Shown here piece by piece: positions 14,050-28,430 of a DNA stretch of 64,000 nt. Below the pieces are notes generated by a model. That model ran no database searches. It was given only the letters and a program-made list of their open reading frames with translations, and was not told the DNA's origin. Position 1 is the stretch's first letter. Each line of letters starts with the position of its first letter. The stretch comes from Camelus ferus (lineage: Eukaryota): contig NC_045696.1 of the NCBI RefSeq assembly GCF_009834535.1, positions 86,120,001 to 86,184,000 of the forward strand. The letters run 5' to 3'. The position numbers and the translations under genes are program-made.

Positions 14050-14660
14050 TTTAAATCATTTTCCATTTGTTCATTGATAATACTAGAAATACAGTACATT
14101 TTGTATATTAATTTTTAGCTGTGATATTGCAAAATTCACTTGTTCATTCTAGTTTTTTTTTTGGTAAATTACTCAATATATTCTAAATGCACAAAAATGT
14201 TTTCTATGAATAAATGCACTTTTACTTTCCTTTACAATTATTAATTCTTATATTTATTTTTCTTCTCTTTTCTTACTGCCTGGGAAGTCAGTAAGATGCT
14301 TACTACTATGATGAAAGCAGAAATCCTTGCCTTATTTCAGATTCTAAAGAAAAACATTTAGATGTTCATTACTGTGTATGATGTTATCTCATTTTAGTAG
14401 ATGCCCTTTACTAAACTGCAGAATTTTTTCCTCTTCCTCTTTTTGAAAGTTTTATCTTAATACAGTGTTGAATTTTGCCAAATGCCTTTTCTGTAACTAT
14501 TGAGGTGTTTACATGATTTTTAGCCTTTATTTTATTAACAGGGTGAGTTATTTTGTTGATTTTAAAATAGTCAAAAATGTACTGTATATTTGGGAGGTAT
14601 AACTACTTGTTCTACATGTGTTTTTTTAGTATTATTACTCGATTTGTTTTATAAACTCAT
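14050..14660 (-). mobile_element. Old L1 ORF2 fragment
   Basis: gtgttgaattttgccaaatgcctttt, tagtagatgcccttt. Confidence 0.7.
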
Positions 14661-14674
14661 CTCACTGGATATGC

Positions 14675-15011
14675 CTTTGTCTCTTTGGGCTGCTATAATA
14701 AAGTACCACAGACTGGGTAGCTTATTAACAACAGAAATTTATTTCTTACAATTCTGTAAGCTGGAAGTCTGAGATGAGGGTGCCAGCTGGTGGGGTAAGG
14801 GCACTCCAGGTCAGACTTCTAGTTGAATGCTCTAGTTGAATGCTAGGATGCTTTCTTAGGCCACTTTTATAAGGGCACTAATCCTATTCGTGAAGGATAT
14901 ACCCTAATGACCTAATCACCTCTCAAAGGTCCTACATCTAACACCATCACCCCCAGGGTGATGTTACAACATATAAATTTGGTAGGAACACAAACATTCA
15001 GACCATATCAA
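14675..15011 (-). mobile_element. MaLR LTR (MLT1A-like)
   Basis: gggctgctataataaagtaccacagactgggtagctta...cacaaacattcagaccata. Confidence 0.85.
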
Positions 15012-16389
15012 CACATTTAAATACTTACAAGTTATGCAGCACTTTTAAAAAATAAAGAAAACAAATAAAACATTAGAAAGAGGATGCACATCTTGTATAA
15101 GAAGCAAGTGTCATAAATACAAAAGTAGGTGATCAATTTACCCTGAGAGTCAGGTAAAATAATATGAAACAAGTGGTATTTAAAGAGCTTTTGAAATAAT
15201 TTTAGCAGAGTATATTTGGAGAAACTGGTAAATAGAACAGCATGAATAGGTTCATGTCCAAATAAAAGGTAGTGAGAATAATCAGGCTTACCTGAAGCAG
15301 AAAACTTTTGTACTGGAATAATAGATTTGGTGGAAAAGTTAAATAATGACCAGGTTTTAAAGGTTATTTAATAACTTACTACAAAGTTTGAGTTCATCCT
15401 CTAGATAGTTGGGAAACATTTTTAAGCATTATATGTTAATAATTAGTAAACGTTTTAAGAATATTGGCAATTTTAATAGGAAACATTATTAGAGGAGGAT
15501 AAGACCACCTAGGGAAGATACAGTTTGAAGACTATTACAGCAAGACCCAGAAAGCCATGGAAAGAAAGCAATATATGCAAGACATATTGTAGTAGACTCA
15601 ACAAAATACAGTAACCATGGATTTAGAGAAAGAAGAAGCGGGTAGCTAAGTTTTTTTTTTTCTCAAAATTTTGAAACTGATTGAAAAGGTAAATGGTGAA
15701 ACCTATTTCAAACAAAAAGTAAGATGGCAGAGAAATGGCTTGTTATTTAGGGGAAACAGTGTTTAATTAAACAGCTAGATGGAACTTATGATAATCAGAT
15801 ACAATTACCCACCAACAATGGAAAAGTATGTTGAGAAGGGGGCCATGACTAGAGATTAATGATCCTCAAGGAAATAAAGGTGAAGAATTTCCAGATATAT
15901 TGGACATGGTTTAAGAGTTGCAAATCTTACAGTCCAATTGATTACTTGAAAATTAGCTTTGTAAAATTCATTTAGGAAAGTATTATTTATGTGGAAAGAC
16001 TCTGTGGTTGTTTTAAGCTCTGTTTAGAGGTCTTTTTAGTGATATGGGAAAATTCAAATAGCAATTAAAAAGTTTAGAACAGAAACTGAAAATCTACTTC
16101 TACCATCTCATCCAAATCATCACCAGCCCCAGAGAGTTTTATAAATACAGACCTTCAGCCGTGTATTGTTCATATTTATTTCTCCCTCATACCACATGGC
16201 ATGTATATAGTAGATACTCAAATATTCTTGTGTGATTTTTTAATGGGGAATAAAACAGAGAAAGAGAAAGGAGATGTGTGCCATGATCGATAGGGTATAA
16301 TGGAACTGGGACAATTACTTATCAAATAGGGAGCAGAGATTCCTAGCTATGCTATACATGCTAAACTATGTTACCTATACATGCTAAAA

Positions 16390-17400
16390 CACTTAAAATG
16401 GTAAAAAAAAAAAAATCAAAGATGTAAAATTATTAGACAGTTACGAGAATTACTATGGTATTGGTATAATAAAAGATTTTAAAATGAAACACAAAGTAAA
16501 AATACCCAGAAAAAAATTATAAATTCTGTTACATCAAAGTACAAAAATTTTAGTACAAAAGATATGTTAAGTAAATTTTAAAACATGCTACAAACTGGGA
16601 AGAGATATTTTCACTTCAAAAGCCAGAGAAATATTGTTATCTATAAAATGTAATAACGCTACTGTTCTAATTCTTAAAATAACAACAACCAACAAGGACA
16701 AATCAAACAATTCAAAAGATAAAAATGGGAAAGCCTATCAACATGAAATTGACAGAAAAATAAAAACAAGGGGCCCATAAAGCTGTGAAAAGATGCATCA
16801 TTACGTTAGTAATCAGAGAACTGTAAACTAACCATTACTTTTTATTCTGGCATTTCTAAACTGTCATATTAGCAAACAGTAACATCTGATAGCCCCGAGT
16901 TTTTCTAAGGGTATGGGGCAAACAGAGCAGTTTATGTATTCCTGTTAGAAATATAAGTGTTTACAACCACATTGGGAATCAATTTTCTGTTTAAGTTTCT
17001 ATCCTAGAGATACTCCAGCACATAAGTAAAAAAGTTATATGGCCAAGGTGGGTCACTATTTATTATTTATAATGGTGAAAAAGTGGAAACAGATTCATAA
17101 GGCAATTGCTATATTTTATCCAAATAATGGAACTTTTCTATAGATAACTAAATCTGCATATATTCACATGAATAAAGGTAAAAATACAAAACATAGGAAG
17201 AAAAAACAATTTGCAAAAGTTTGTATATGATATGCAACCATTCAAATAAAATCTAAAACAATACATTGTTATATTAATTCATAATTATGAGCCACATTTT
17301 TCTAATATGTGGGAATAATACAAACATCAAACTTCAGGAGAGAGCAGATATTTCTGCAAGAGAGGGAAAAGATACAGGGAATAAATAAAGCAGAGAGCTA
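16390..17400 (+). mobile_element. Old L1 (L1ME-like) ORF2 3' end and UTR
   Basis: caaactgggaagagatattt, aaaagatgcatcattacgttagtaatcagagaa. Confidence 0.6.
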
Positions 17401-17421
17401 AGTCAATGTTTAGTTGGCTTA

Positions 17422-17549
17422 TTTTTTAAAATTCTTTTAGTGGGGATGTTTGTTTATTTGTCTGTTTATCTAAATAGAAGTACTGGGGTTTGAACCCAGG
17501 GCTTTGTGCATGCCAAGAATGCACTCTACCACTGAGCTATACCCTTCCC
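17422..17549 (-). mobile_element. tRNA-derived camelid-type SINE (Vic-1-like)
   Basis: Minus strand GGGAAGGGTATAGCTCAGTGGTAGAGTGCA...GGGTTCAAACCCCAGTAC (A and B boxes), A-rich tail, imperfect TSD ttagttggctta/ttagttattctta. Confidence 0.85.
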
Positions 17550-18773
17550 TCTTAGTTATTCTTAATAGTGAATACTTAAGTATCTATTATGTTCTTATCC
17601 ACATAATATTTCAAAATTAAAATTAATCATTTCAAAATAAATAGTAAAGGTGAATGGTGTCTTCTTCCTACGATTTGGGTAAGCTGGATTTAAATATCTG
17701 TTCCCTAAAAGGATTGTTCTCTCTATAGGGAAGCTTCAGAAAGCCCAAATTCTTTGCAGATCCAAAGCATGACTAGAGTTTTCAGTATGCAAAAAAAGAG
17801 AAACTTCCCTGATTAAAACTGATAAAGTCTCTAAAGAGCAACTACATATAAAATTTCTTTTTGATTCATCTTTGGCCCAATTAGAAAGGGCTATATTAAA
17901 ATTTAAGCATGGCTTCTAAGCCATACACATACCATTAAATTTGCAGGAATAATGAAGCCAACCAATTTTATTCCTCTTTAATAATGCATTCCTATATTTG
18001 CTCTTAAGGTAAGGTTAGCATTTATTTATTGATCATGATACATTATCTACATAGTGGAAACTACTAAGCAGTTTTCATCTCCTGCGATATTTCTAAATAA
18101 TTCAGAAAGTAATGTCTGTTTTCTTTTTCTCATTAAAGTTTGTCTCTTTTAAATGTAGAAAATTTAAGTGACCTATGGCTTAGTTTGTTTCTATATTGCC
18201 CAGATGGCACAAGCACATAAAGTAGCCAAATAGAATTTGCAGACGTCCTTATCCCCTATAGTTTCATCTTCTTCTGCATTAGAGCCTTTCCTCTCCAAGT
18301 ATTTAGGAACAAAGCAAACCAAAATAATAAAAGAATGTACCCTTTTTTCAATTCTGCCTCTCCATCTAAGCGCTGCAGTCTCCTTCATGCTGTTAAAAGC
18401 CAGATATTTTTAAATGCCCAAATGTTCTTGCTTCTTATCAACTCTTAAAATATTAGAAACATTCCATTCTAAATCCATAAAACTTATCTTGCTAATAACT
18501 ACAGCTGTCTTTCTGTATTTATCTTATTTGACCTCTGCCTAGAGGGTGGTTGTATGGACTATCTCATTTCTCCATGGAGATAATACTTGAGAATAAGTTG
18601 CGACTTTGAAAGACAGAGGCAAAGTATACCTTAAGATTGAAGAATAATATAGATTCATGAACAGTTGAAAGAAGATTGAGTTTTCTGACCCACTAATTCC
18701 ATACTTCACAGCTCATACCTATAAATTACATTAGCTATTGAGTTTTGGTTTCCTGAAAGTCATTTCTTAAATA

Positions 18774-18983
18774 CAGTTAACCTTTGAACAACACTGTTTG
18801 AACTGGGTGTGTCCACTTATATGTGGATTTTTTTTCACTAAATACTACCATAGTACATGGTCAGCATTTGGTTGAATCTGCAGATGCAGAATCCGGATAT
18901 GAAGGGCTGATTATAAAGTTATACCTGGATTTTCCACTGCAGGTTTGGCACCCCTAACCCACCCAGGGTCCCAGGGTTAACTG
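18774..18983 (-). mobile_element. MER8-like Tigger MITE
   Basis: TA|CAGTTAACCTTTGAA ... CAGGGTTAACTG|TA. Confidence 0.85.
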
Positions 18984-19034
18984 TATACTCTCTTTCCATT
19001 TCAACCCATATCTCAGCTTTTTTTCTTTTTTACA

Positions 19035-20100
19035 TCTGAGCGTATATAATTAGATTTGCCCTGACTAAGCAATGTGACTTCTGTAAAGTAACAACATCTC
19101 TCAGTGGCCCAGTTTCTTCAACTATAATATGAAGTTACTGACGGTACCTATTTATTGTGTTTTTGCAAGGATTATGTTACTTAATTTCTGAAAAGTAGTT
19201 AAAACAATGCATAGACAAAATGACCAAAGGAATAAAATAGAGCCTAGCAACAAATTCCTACGTGTATTATCGACTGACTTAACTGCAAATGCAAGAATGA
19301 AGTCATAAGCAGAAATCTTGATCTTTTCAACAAATGTCTGGGTTAGTTGGATAACCATACAGGTGGAACATAGCTTGATCAAAGCATGTATAACACCATA
19401 AACACAGAACGATTTCAAATATATTGGTCTAAATGTTGAAAGTTAAGCAAAAAAGCTTTTAAAAGAACACATAGGACATCTTTATGACTTTGGTCTAGAC
19501 AAACATTTGTTAAGCACACGACATACACACAGTGCAATCAAAAAGCAAAAATAAAAAATTAAATCAGGTATACTGAGATTTAGAAATAGGTTTACCAAAA
19601 GTAGCCAGTAAGAAAATAAAAAGGCAAGCCACCGAGTGGGAAAAGATACCCACAATACACATATCAAACAAAACAAAACAAAAAAACCCTTATATCCAGT
19701 ATATATAAAGGATTCATATATATCCAAAAAATAGATAACCCAACAGTTAAAAAAAAATGGCAAAAAAACTTAGACATACATTTTAAAAAGATGATAGCCA
19801 AACAAAAACAAGTAAAGCCAATTTACACAGTTGGATAGCAATGGTTATCTTTGTGAGGGCGGAGGTGAAGTTAGGTGGCAACAGAAAGGGAGGACAAGGG
19901 ACACTTGTGGGGGCTTGGCAATGTCCAGTATGTCTGCACCCTGACTACATGAGTGCTTTCAGTTTGCAAAAAATAATCAAGCTTTAGGCTAATGATAGGT
20001 TTATATATATTTATATAAAAATTGCATAAATAACACCACAATTTATATAAAGCACCTGGCCTGGCACGTAGTAAATACTGCGCATATGTTCACTGTTATT
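19035..20100 (+). mobile_element. MIR split by an L1 insertion (~19190-20000, plus strand)
   Basis: MIR core tgtgacttctgtaaag...cagtttcttcaactataa; MIR tail aaagcacctggcctggcacgtagtaa after L1 ORF2 sequence (cttttcaacaaatg...aggcaagccaccgagtgggaaaagata). Confidence 0.7.
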
Positions 20101-21239
20101 ATTATTACTATGATTCCTATTACAATTGTTATTGAAGCAGTGGTCACAGTTTCTTATATCTTACTATGAACATGACAGACTGCTTCTCTGTTTGCTTTAG
20201 AAAATAGTTGTTAGAAGTAAGCTTTTCTTCCAATTCTTTTTTCAGAGTAATACTCTCCTGTTCCTTATGGTGCAGAATTTTTATAGACCTCATGTTGATT
20301 TTTTTCCTGTTTGCTCATCCTTGAACAAAGGAACATCTGCTAGGCTGGGCTCTAGCCAGCAGCAGGGTGTACCAACTGCACTTGACCCCCACTTACTGTC
20401 CACATGAACGTTTGTAGACTCTCCCACATGGATGTAAAACAGAGAGCAGGTTGACCCAGCTTCTGCTTTAATTTTTGGAGTCTAGTAGAGATTCATATAG
20501 TGCATTTCTATCAAAGTGAAGGGCATCGGTTTCTGCTCTGCTACCCTATTTTCTGAAACACAAGGAAAAGAATATATGTCCAATATCAAAAGCTTTGTAA
20601 AGTGTACTCCTCTAAGGCAGGGTGAAGTGTCAATTCAAAAGAGGTCCTGAACATTTTTATTGTATAGATGGGAAATTTTACATTAGATTTGATTTGATAT
20701 AAAACTAAAGAATATAGTAATTTCTAAAAATGGTTTCAAAAGGAATACTTTATAGATAATGTAAATTCTGTAGATAATATAGGTAATATAAACTTTGATG
20801 AGTTCCAGTGCATGAAAGCCTGCAGTACCTCCCCACCCCACCTCCAAACACACCCATGTATGCACTGCTCAAAGTGCGTTCCAGTCATTTCAAAACTATC
20901 ATCTTAGGAAATAAATATGTTTCCAAATTTATACCTTTTTTATCTTCAGATACCCAGTAAGCTGTGGCCTTGAAATAGTTACAGCTGGGGAAGTCATGAT
21001 GCAGTTGAGGGGGAAGCAGCTGGTTGGTCATCTCAGGATAATCTCATGGCATTAGGCTGGTAGCCACCTTTCTGGTTGGTGTAGACACCAAGTTTCTGGA
21101 CTGTGGAGAAGAAATAGGAAGAAGATGAAGGAAAAGGAGGAGATGAACAGAGAGAAGAGGAATTATAGCTGTATTTGTGATTTAATGAAGTGTAGCTAAT
21201 AGGTATAGACTGGTTGTTATGTGTCTGATGGTAGGTTGA

Positions 21240-21400
21240 GTGCCTTATATGTACTGATTACCTCAGTTATTTTTATGACACTCCTATGAGATAAGTATGC
21301 TAATCTCCACTTTACATAAAAGGGAATTGAGAATTAAAATTGATAAGTAATTTATTCAAGACTACACACCAAGAAGGTAGAAAAATCCAGACAGTCTTCA
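21240..21400 (-). mobile_element. MIR
   Basis: ctcctatgagataagtatgctaatctccactttacataaaagggaattgag. Confidence 0.6.
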
Positions 21401-21979
21401 TTCAAATGTTTACCTTTTTTGTGTCTGGTTGTGATCTTTTTAACAGAAAGTTTTAAAAGTACATAATAGATGTGTTGGTATTCTGATCAAATAAAACAAT
21501 ATTAGAATCAATACTGCCATAGTTTGAAGAGAGTCACTAAACAGTGAGTCAATGTTATTATAAATTAATTTAACATATGTATGATATAAATGATATATAG
21601 TCAGTAGTATTGCTAAATGTAATTGTAATATTCTATATATATATATCACTCTCATTTGAAGGACTATGAAAAAAATTGAAAATAAACATTCAACCTCTAT
21701 TAACATTGCAAATATCATACATACGAAAATAATTTTTTAAATGTAGGAAAAACGGATGTGATAGATGAAGGACCATTTCTTATTCATTAAAAAAATTTTA
21801 TCACCCAACTCAAGATTTAACCCATCATACTACTTAGTAAATACTTGTTGAACAAATGTACTATTTTTATAATTTAGAATTTATAAAGTACTCATATGCA
21901 TTGGATCAAATGGCCCTCACACAGACACTGAGGCATGTTCAGAAATGTCTCCACAGCTGTGAGTTCCTTTCGCTTGAAA

Positions 21980-22760
21980 TTCTTCTATACACACATTTAC
22001 TTTTTCTGATCTCTTGCTCAACCATTTGAATACTGCTGTCCACAGAATGAGTATTTCATTTAATAGGTAATTAAAAATGAGCGCAAATCGCCATACATTT
22101 GGTAGAGCATTTTAGATAGTTCATCCATAAAGGACTCAACCAAGTGTAAACGTAAATATACCATGATCCTTACTATGGTGATCACCTTCTTTTTCAAATC
22201 TGTTCTTCCCTCCACGTTATCTAACTGCGCAGGGTGAATGGTGTGCCCTGGGATACTGCAGTGTGAAGGCCCTGCGTCAGTCACATCTAGACATGTGTCC
22301 TGGAGTCATCTTTATATACTGCTTTTGTCACTTATGATTCAGTTGCCATGTCAGTTTTCATCTGAAACAGCTCTGCTGTCTGTCAGCATCACTCCATTGT
22401 CATTCATTCATTACATCAGGCTTTTGTTAGCATACGTCTGCATTACAGCTTCCTAACTCACCTTAGAGAATTTCTCCCTCTCTTCAACTCTGTTGCCACA
22501 CAACAGGAGAGCAACTGCATCACTCATAAATCCCCAGTGCTGTGATGGCCAGAGAAGACAATCTAGACTTCTATCCTTGACTCTGAAGGCCCTTCACAGT
22601 CTAGTCCAACCAGCTTAAATCTCACTTCTGCTCACTGTGCACGTTCTCCTCGGGTCAGATCCGACTAATTTCACTCACCACATGCCACATGTTTCCCAGA
22701 TGTGAGATTTTGAGTACACCTCATCTTTCTCCCTGGAGAATCCTTCCAGATATTCACATT
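21980..22760 (+). mobile_element. L2 fragments
   Basis: Pyrimidine-rich L2-like segments (gaaggcccttcacagtctagtccaacc, ctccctggagaatccttcc). Confidence 0.4.
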
Positions 22761-23769
22761 TTCATAAGCTTGTTATATTTTAGGGAATAGTTCAATTGCC
22801 ATCTATTCCAATGTTAAGTTTTCCTCCTCTCAATGTCCCGAGCATTTTATATGATCTTTTTTTTTCTTAAATTACACTAAAAACATGGCACAATAGTAGT
22901 AGATACCCATTGTCTTATACTACGTGCTCCAGTAGTTACTACAAAATTTGACATGTGACTGTAACCCTAAATTTAAATTCTCAATATAGATTGTAGGATA
23001 CTTGAATATTATAGATCAAAAGTATTTCTCTTCCTTTTTCACATTTTTGCCTAAAAAAAAAACACTATTTAGTAATTTATCTTTAAAATTCTCTCATATT
23101 CTAGCATTTTCCTCTATCAGTCCCAGAAAAAGAATATTTAGTCTCTGAAATTTTCTTCTTTGGCCAATCTGACCAAATAGCAAGGATAATGCCAACAAAT
23201 TTGGACCTATAATATTTTTTTTCAATTTTTTCCTTCCATAAAATAGCAAATGCAGCTTTTAAAAAAGAAAACATCAAAAATGTGTAAGAGGACAAGAGCA
23301 AAAATAGACAACCTGCTGAAAAGTCTCATGTGTATCTACAGACTTGCACATGGCTCTAGAAAGGTTATGACAATGGCTTCTCTACTAAGAAAATTGTGCT
23401 CCAAAGGGATTATACTCATGAAATATCTAAATTCCCTATAAATAGCATTACAAAATACCAAATAACTTTGTTTAATGATTAGAATCACAAATCAATAGTG
23501 AGAGGGAATCATTCTGTGATGTTCAGTCTGTGAATTCACAGTTCTGGGCATTAAGAGAAGCTGATGACATCAAGACTGTTCATTCTCACCAGTCCTTCAT
23601 GCACCCCTCTCAAGGATGAGATGCTACTGCCTCCATAGATGGACACTTTTCCAATGTGGTTTTCTTACTGTTTATTTTTAAATACTGTAAGTTAATCAAA
23701 TCTATAAGTATTGTAAATCCTAATGTTAATCAATTTAAAATTATTTCCAGAATATAAGACTTTTATTAT

Positions 23770-24240
23770 TCTCTGCATTCAGCTGGCCAGCAAGTGTGAT
23801 TCAGGCCCTTTCATTTATTATCTGCGTTCCTGTAGCTACCCCTGATTGGTCTCACTGCCTCTAGTCTTACATGCCCCAGACTTCTTTCATGGTGATATTT
23901 ATAAATGGCAAAACTGATGAGGAATTCCTTACTTTAATAGCTACCTATTCTTTTCAAGGTAGATTCAAGATTTTGACCACATTGTGCTAGACCTTTTATG
24001 ACCTGATGCCTATTCATTTTCCTTCCCAATTTCAGTGTCTTCTCCAAATGCAGACCTACTCTAATAAAGCTCTCTTAGTTTGCAGGGAGCTCCATCCTCC
24101 CCCTTGTTCTGATTTTGTGATAGATTTTCACTCTGCGTACCCTATTCATGCCCCATTTTCCTTTACACTTGGCTACCTTCTTACTTCATTTCATGGTTCT
24201 TTTCATGTGTTACCTCCAAGAAGTATTCCCTGACCAATCC
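23770..24240 (+). mobile_element. L2 fragment
   Basis: ctgattggtctcactgcctctagtct...ttacctccaagaagtattccctgacc. Confidence 0.5.
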
Positions 24241-24599
24241 AGGCATTCAATATATGGGTAAGTCAGATTCATGCTTCTGTTTACCTAATGCAGTGTTGCT
24301 TAAGGATTTCAGCTGTTTTAAACTGTTTCAACCCAATTCATTTTTTCTACATCCTCAAATCCATTGAAATCAGTAGAAGGAAAGTTTTTCTTTTTCCTCT
24401 CTCTTTCAAGATTTGTCTGAATATCAGTTGTGAAAATACTTTGAAGAAATACTGGTTCTATCCAAACAGAAGTCAGAAGGTATCAACATAATCTTTATCA
24501 TCACTGTCATCATCAAACATCAGCATGTAGTCATAAAGAGATCAGCTGACCTTAGAGTGGCCCTTGTTGCTTGAAGAATTAAAAGGAGGAGATACTAAT

Positions 24600-24790
24600 T
24601 GGGTTAGGAAGAGTTTAATATACCCTGGGCACCTTTCTAATCAGTATACATGAATTAATTCTCACATTAATGCTATCAGGTTGGTAATATTTTCTCCACT
24701 TTATAGGTGAAGTATAGAGAGATTAAGTAACTTGCCAAATGTCATAAAATGAATAAATGCGAGCCAAGATACAGAAGCAGGCAGTCTCTT
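24600..24790 (-). mobile_element. MIR
   Basis: ctccactttataggtgaag...gagattaagtaacttgccaaatgtcata. Confidence 0.7.
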
Positions 24791-27700
24791 TAACATTATA
24801 TCATTCTGACTTTTAAAATTCTTTCTTTCTATAAGGAAAATACATTGAGAATGTATCCTTAACTTGTGAAACACACACAAAACAAATAATATTAACAAGA
24901 AATGTATTATTCAAAGGAACAAAAACTATATTATTTCCCAAAGTTATCCTAGAAGTGATCAGGATAAGCTGATGAGGTGTTTGTTAATTCTTATAAGTTA
25001 AAAGTGGAGATAGCCTACACTACTAGCCTTTGTTACACCTAAAATATTCAGAAACATCTTATTGATTATACACCATAATTTAAATGTGAGAATTTTGTTA
25101 CTAACTTATTTTTGTTTTCTTCTGTCAAAATAGAATTTGGCCATCTGAGAGAGTTCAGTGGAGACATTCAAACAGAGTTGTGGCTATTACTATTCAATGA
25201 TCTTTTACAGGGATTCATGTCTTGAGTGAAGAATTGGACTAAATGATTTCTACACTGTCTTCTGAATAGGATATAGTATGATTCTTCCATGCTTCACTGC
25301 TTGCTTTAAGGATCTTTCTAAAAGAACTTGCCCTGGGCTTAGAGCATGTACTGTCAATAAATTGCCTGTGATCACATCCCAAACCAAGCTCCCAACCCTC
25401 ACCTCCACATTAACATAGACTCAGTTCTTTAAGACTGTCCACATCCAATTCCAAAATGACCAACTAAAAATTTACACTGATGAAAAATTTATTTGCTGAA
25501 AAGCCCTTTGAGACTGGTGAATCTCATTGGTAAATCATCTGATGTTACTGGAGGCAAACTTGCCAGGAAAAGGACAGCACATAAAATTAATAAGATACTA
25601 AGTTGGAGCAGTTTTCTTCCCAGCACTATTTATGCACTTAAAAGAAAAGAAGGGAGGGAGGGAGAGAAAAGGAGGGAGGGAGAACTTAACTTTAAAGCTT
25701 TGATTAACTTTAAAATCTTAGTGTAGCTAACTGGCCAACCTGGAAATTTTGAATTCTCTTTGCAATTCGATCACTTTAAAAGTGCTGAGAGCCAGACTTC
25801 TTAAAACTATTTTAGACATACTTGAGATCCATCGATCATGTACAACTTCCTTTTACTTTTTAATTTCTGGAAGGCATTCATTATTAGTGTCAAATCAGCA
25901 AAGTTGTTCTTTCAGGCTCCTAGGCAAGCTAGTTACTCAGAAATGCAGATGTAGTAATTGGATGGGCCCTAACGTAACCTTGATAGTTTTGCTTCTCCCA
26001 ACTATCCTGTGCATGAGAATGTCCTTGGAAAGCTTCTGATGCTTAGTGATAACGCAGAGGTAGTCTGATGATGGTGGTCTTGTGCAGCAGTGGCCTGGAG
26101 AAGTAAAACACCAAGAGCCAAAAGATGTACTTTTCAGTTTCATTAAAATTCTTACACTGTGATGCCTGCTTCTTGGAGTCAGAGGTTGAGCCTGTAGGTT
26201 TTTGTTCATTGCCATGACTTTTCCACAGTTTCAGAAGGCTTTTTAATATTTATAGTGAATCATTTTATTTTGTTACTAATGGATGAGTAAATTACCTGTG
26301 TACACCTACAATTCGTGCTTACATCATTCTCCTCCTTTTCATTCCCTCAATATCTTCAGTCTCAAGAAACAAACAGGGCATAGGGAAGGTATTCTACCAG
26401 CACTTGAGTTGTGGCTCATCACAACTGTGGACAGTTGTCCTTGATTAATTTTTGAAAGGAGAGTGTCTTACAGTTTCATGGTAATCAATGGCAGTAGTCA
26501 TTGAATCAATTACTTCCCATTTTTCTCTTTTGACAATGTCTCTATGTCAAGAAAGTATTGCTTAGAGAGATACTATATTAACAAACAACATGAATGTGTG
26601 AAAGAGAAGGAAGAAAGTATAATTTTAAAATTGTTTAAAAAGCAATGTTTATTACATGTGAATACTATGTTACTTTATTTTCAGATGCTGGAGTTAAAAG
26701 CCTAGACATAAAATAGAATGTGTCGTTTCAAGATACCTACTCATTTTTACTATTTGTGCCTTTTGTGTTTATTTATTGAAAACATAGCATATTTTAAATA
26801 AAAGCATAAAAGGGCAGTGTGGTGCTAGTGAAATATTAGCCATCTTATGGGCTATACCAATTGGGCTAATTATTTGATCATGTAAAAAGTCACTTAGGAA
26901 GAGCTCCCCTCTCCGCAGGCTCTATTGTCTGGATCCATTAACTTCTTCCAGTATTTTCTGAAACTGGAATATACCCAAGCTTCTTAGAGCTGATCATAAG
27001 GGATATGATTAAAGATACCACCAACTAGGCATCCACTGAGCACTTTCTAGAACCAACAATTTCAGTATGGAATTTTTGTTGCTCAGGAAAAATATCTGTA
27101 TTGCTTGGAGACCTGATGCCTAAAATTTCCAGTGTACCTCCATATTTTGAAACACATTCATGCTAAAAATGTTTTAGAATGCCTCTGCCCCACCGCAGTG
27201 AATCTGCCCCTCCTCCCACCCTCAGCATCTGCTGAGCAGCCATTTCGGTACAAAGCCCCTGCTTTCTCAGCTCAGTCCCTAAGACCAAAGTTGGGCACCT
27301 AATTCCACCCCTTCCATCCACAAGAGGCTGGCATTCTATGTCATGTGGGGACCTGAGACAATCAACATCCTCTCTGGAAAGCGGAATTGGGAAATTGAGG
27401 GACTATTGCTCAGAGAACTGTGAGGAGCTGAGCTGAACATCGTGTAAAGTCCAGGGCTAAGGAAGCTGCCTTGAGCTGTCAGCAGAGAAGCCAACTGCAG
27501 GAAGGAAATGGAACAGGTTTAATACATTTCTGTCTGCATGTCCTGACATTCACTAAACATACATAGATTAATGTTCATTAGTAAGAGGTAGGTAGTCAAA
27601 TGCCATTGAATCCCTCTATTACCACAACTATTTTCAGCCAGAAAGAGGGCTGGGCATTGAGATACAATTTCTCTAATTATGTCAAGAAATTATGACTAGA

Positions 27701-28118
27701 ATATGATCCATCTTTCCGAACATCATCCCTAAGACAGACAGCTTTGGAAACAAAGCAGAAGATAGGGTATTGAAGACAGAGAAAGATGAGGTAGTTTTCT
27801 TGCGTCACTACTTCTGTAGCTGACAGACCAGGAAGCCTGTGGCTCACTCAGTGACTGAGGAGTCATCCAGGCCTAGCCCTGGGGGAAGATGAAGGCACAG
27901 AAATGGCTTTTGTGTTTTCTTCTCTGATCATCACGTCCATATAAATAGACTTTTTTTTTTTTAAGAGCATAGCTATCCGATATTGTTTGCTTGAATTCAC
28001 ACTGTCCAGGTTAGGAAGAAATTTAGAAATCCTAATGAGTGTGAACCTTCCAACCTGTGTCATTAATGTCACAGGAAAAGGAAAAATGACAAAGGAATAA
28101 CTCCATATAACAGCTCAC

Positions 28119-28150
28119 CTGTTACAACCTGCCTCCTCTGGGGAGGTATG
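28119..28150 (-). pseudogene. Micro-exon L, 32 nt, phase 1>0
   Basis: TACTAAC branch point, catttaccttttatgtccag| ... CAG|gtgagc. Reads AYLPRGGRL*Q. Confidence 0.55.
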
Positions 28151-28204
28151 CTGGACATAAAAGGTAAATGCTGTATGTTAGTAATGAATTCAGCTGAGAG
28201 TAGG

Positions 28205-28430
28205 CTAATGTGATGCATGATCCCTCTGGAGTCAGAGGTCTAGATTCCCCTTCCAGGTTGCCAGAGAGAAGGTTAAGAAAGTGTTTACTTAGGAAAGTCA
28301 GTTACCCTCGGAATCTCAGGGTTCTCTTTCTTAAAGAGATGATACAGATGCTTGGCTGGGTTGCTGCACGAATTAAGACAGAAAATGTTTCTGGCCTGTA
28401 GTAAATATCCAAAAAGGATAGTTATTAATC
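28205..28430 (+). mobile_element. MIR
   Basis: ctctggagtcagaggtctagatt...cttaggaaagtcagttaccctcggaatctcaggg. Confidence 0.55.

Noticed and set aside
17475..17549. tRNA-like sequence
   Set aside because: It is the head of a SINE with an A-rich tail and TSD-like flanks, not a tRNA gene.
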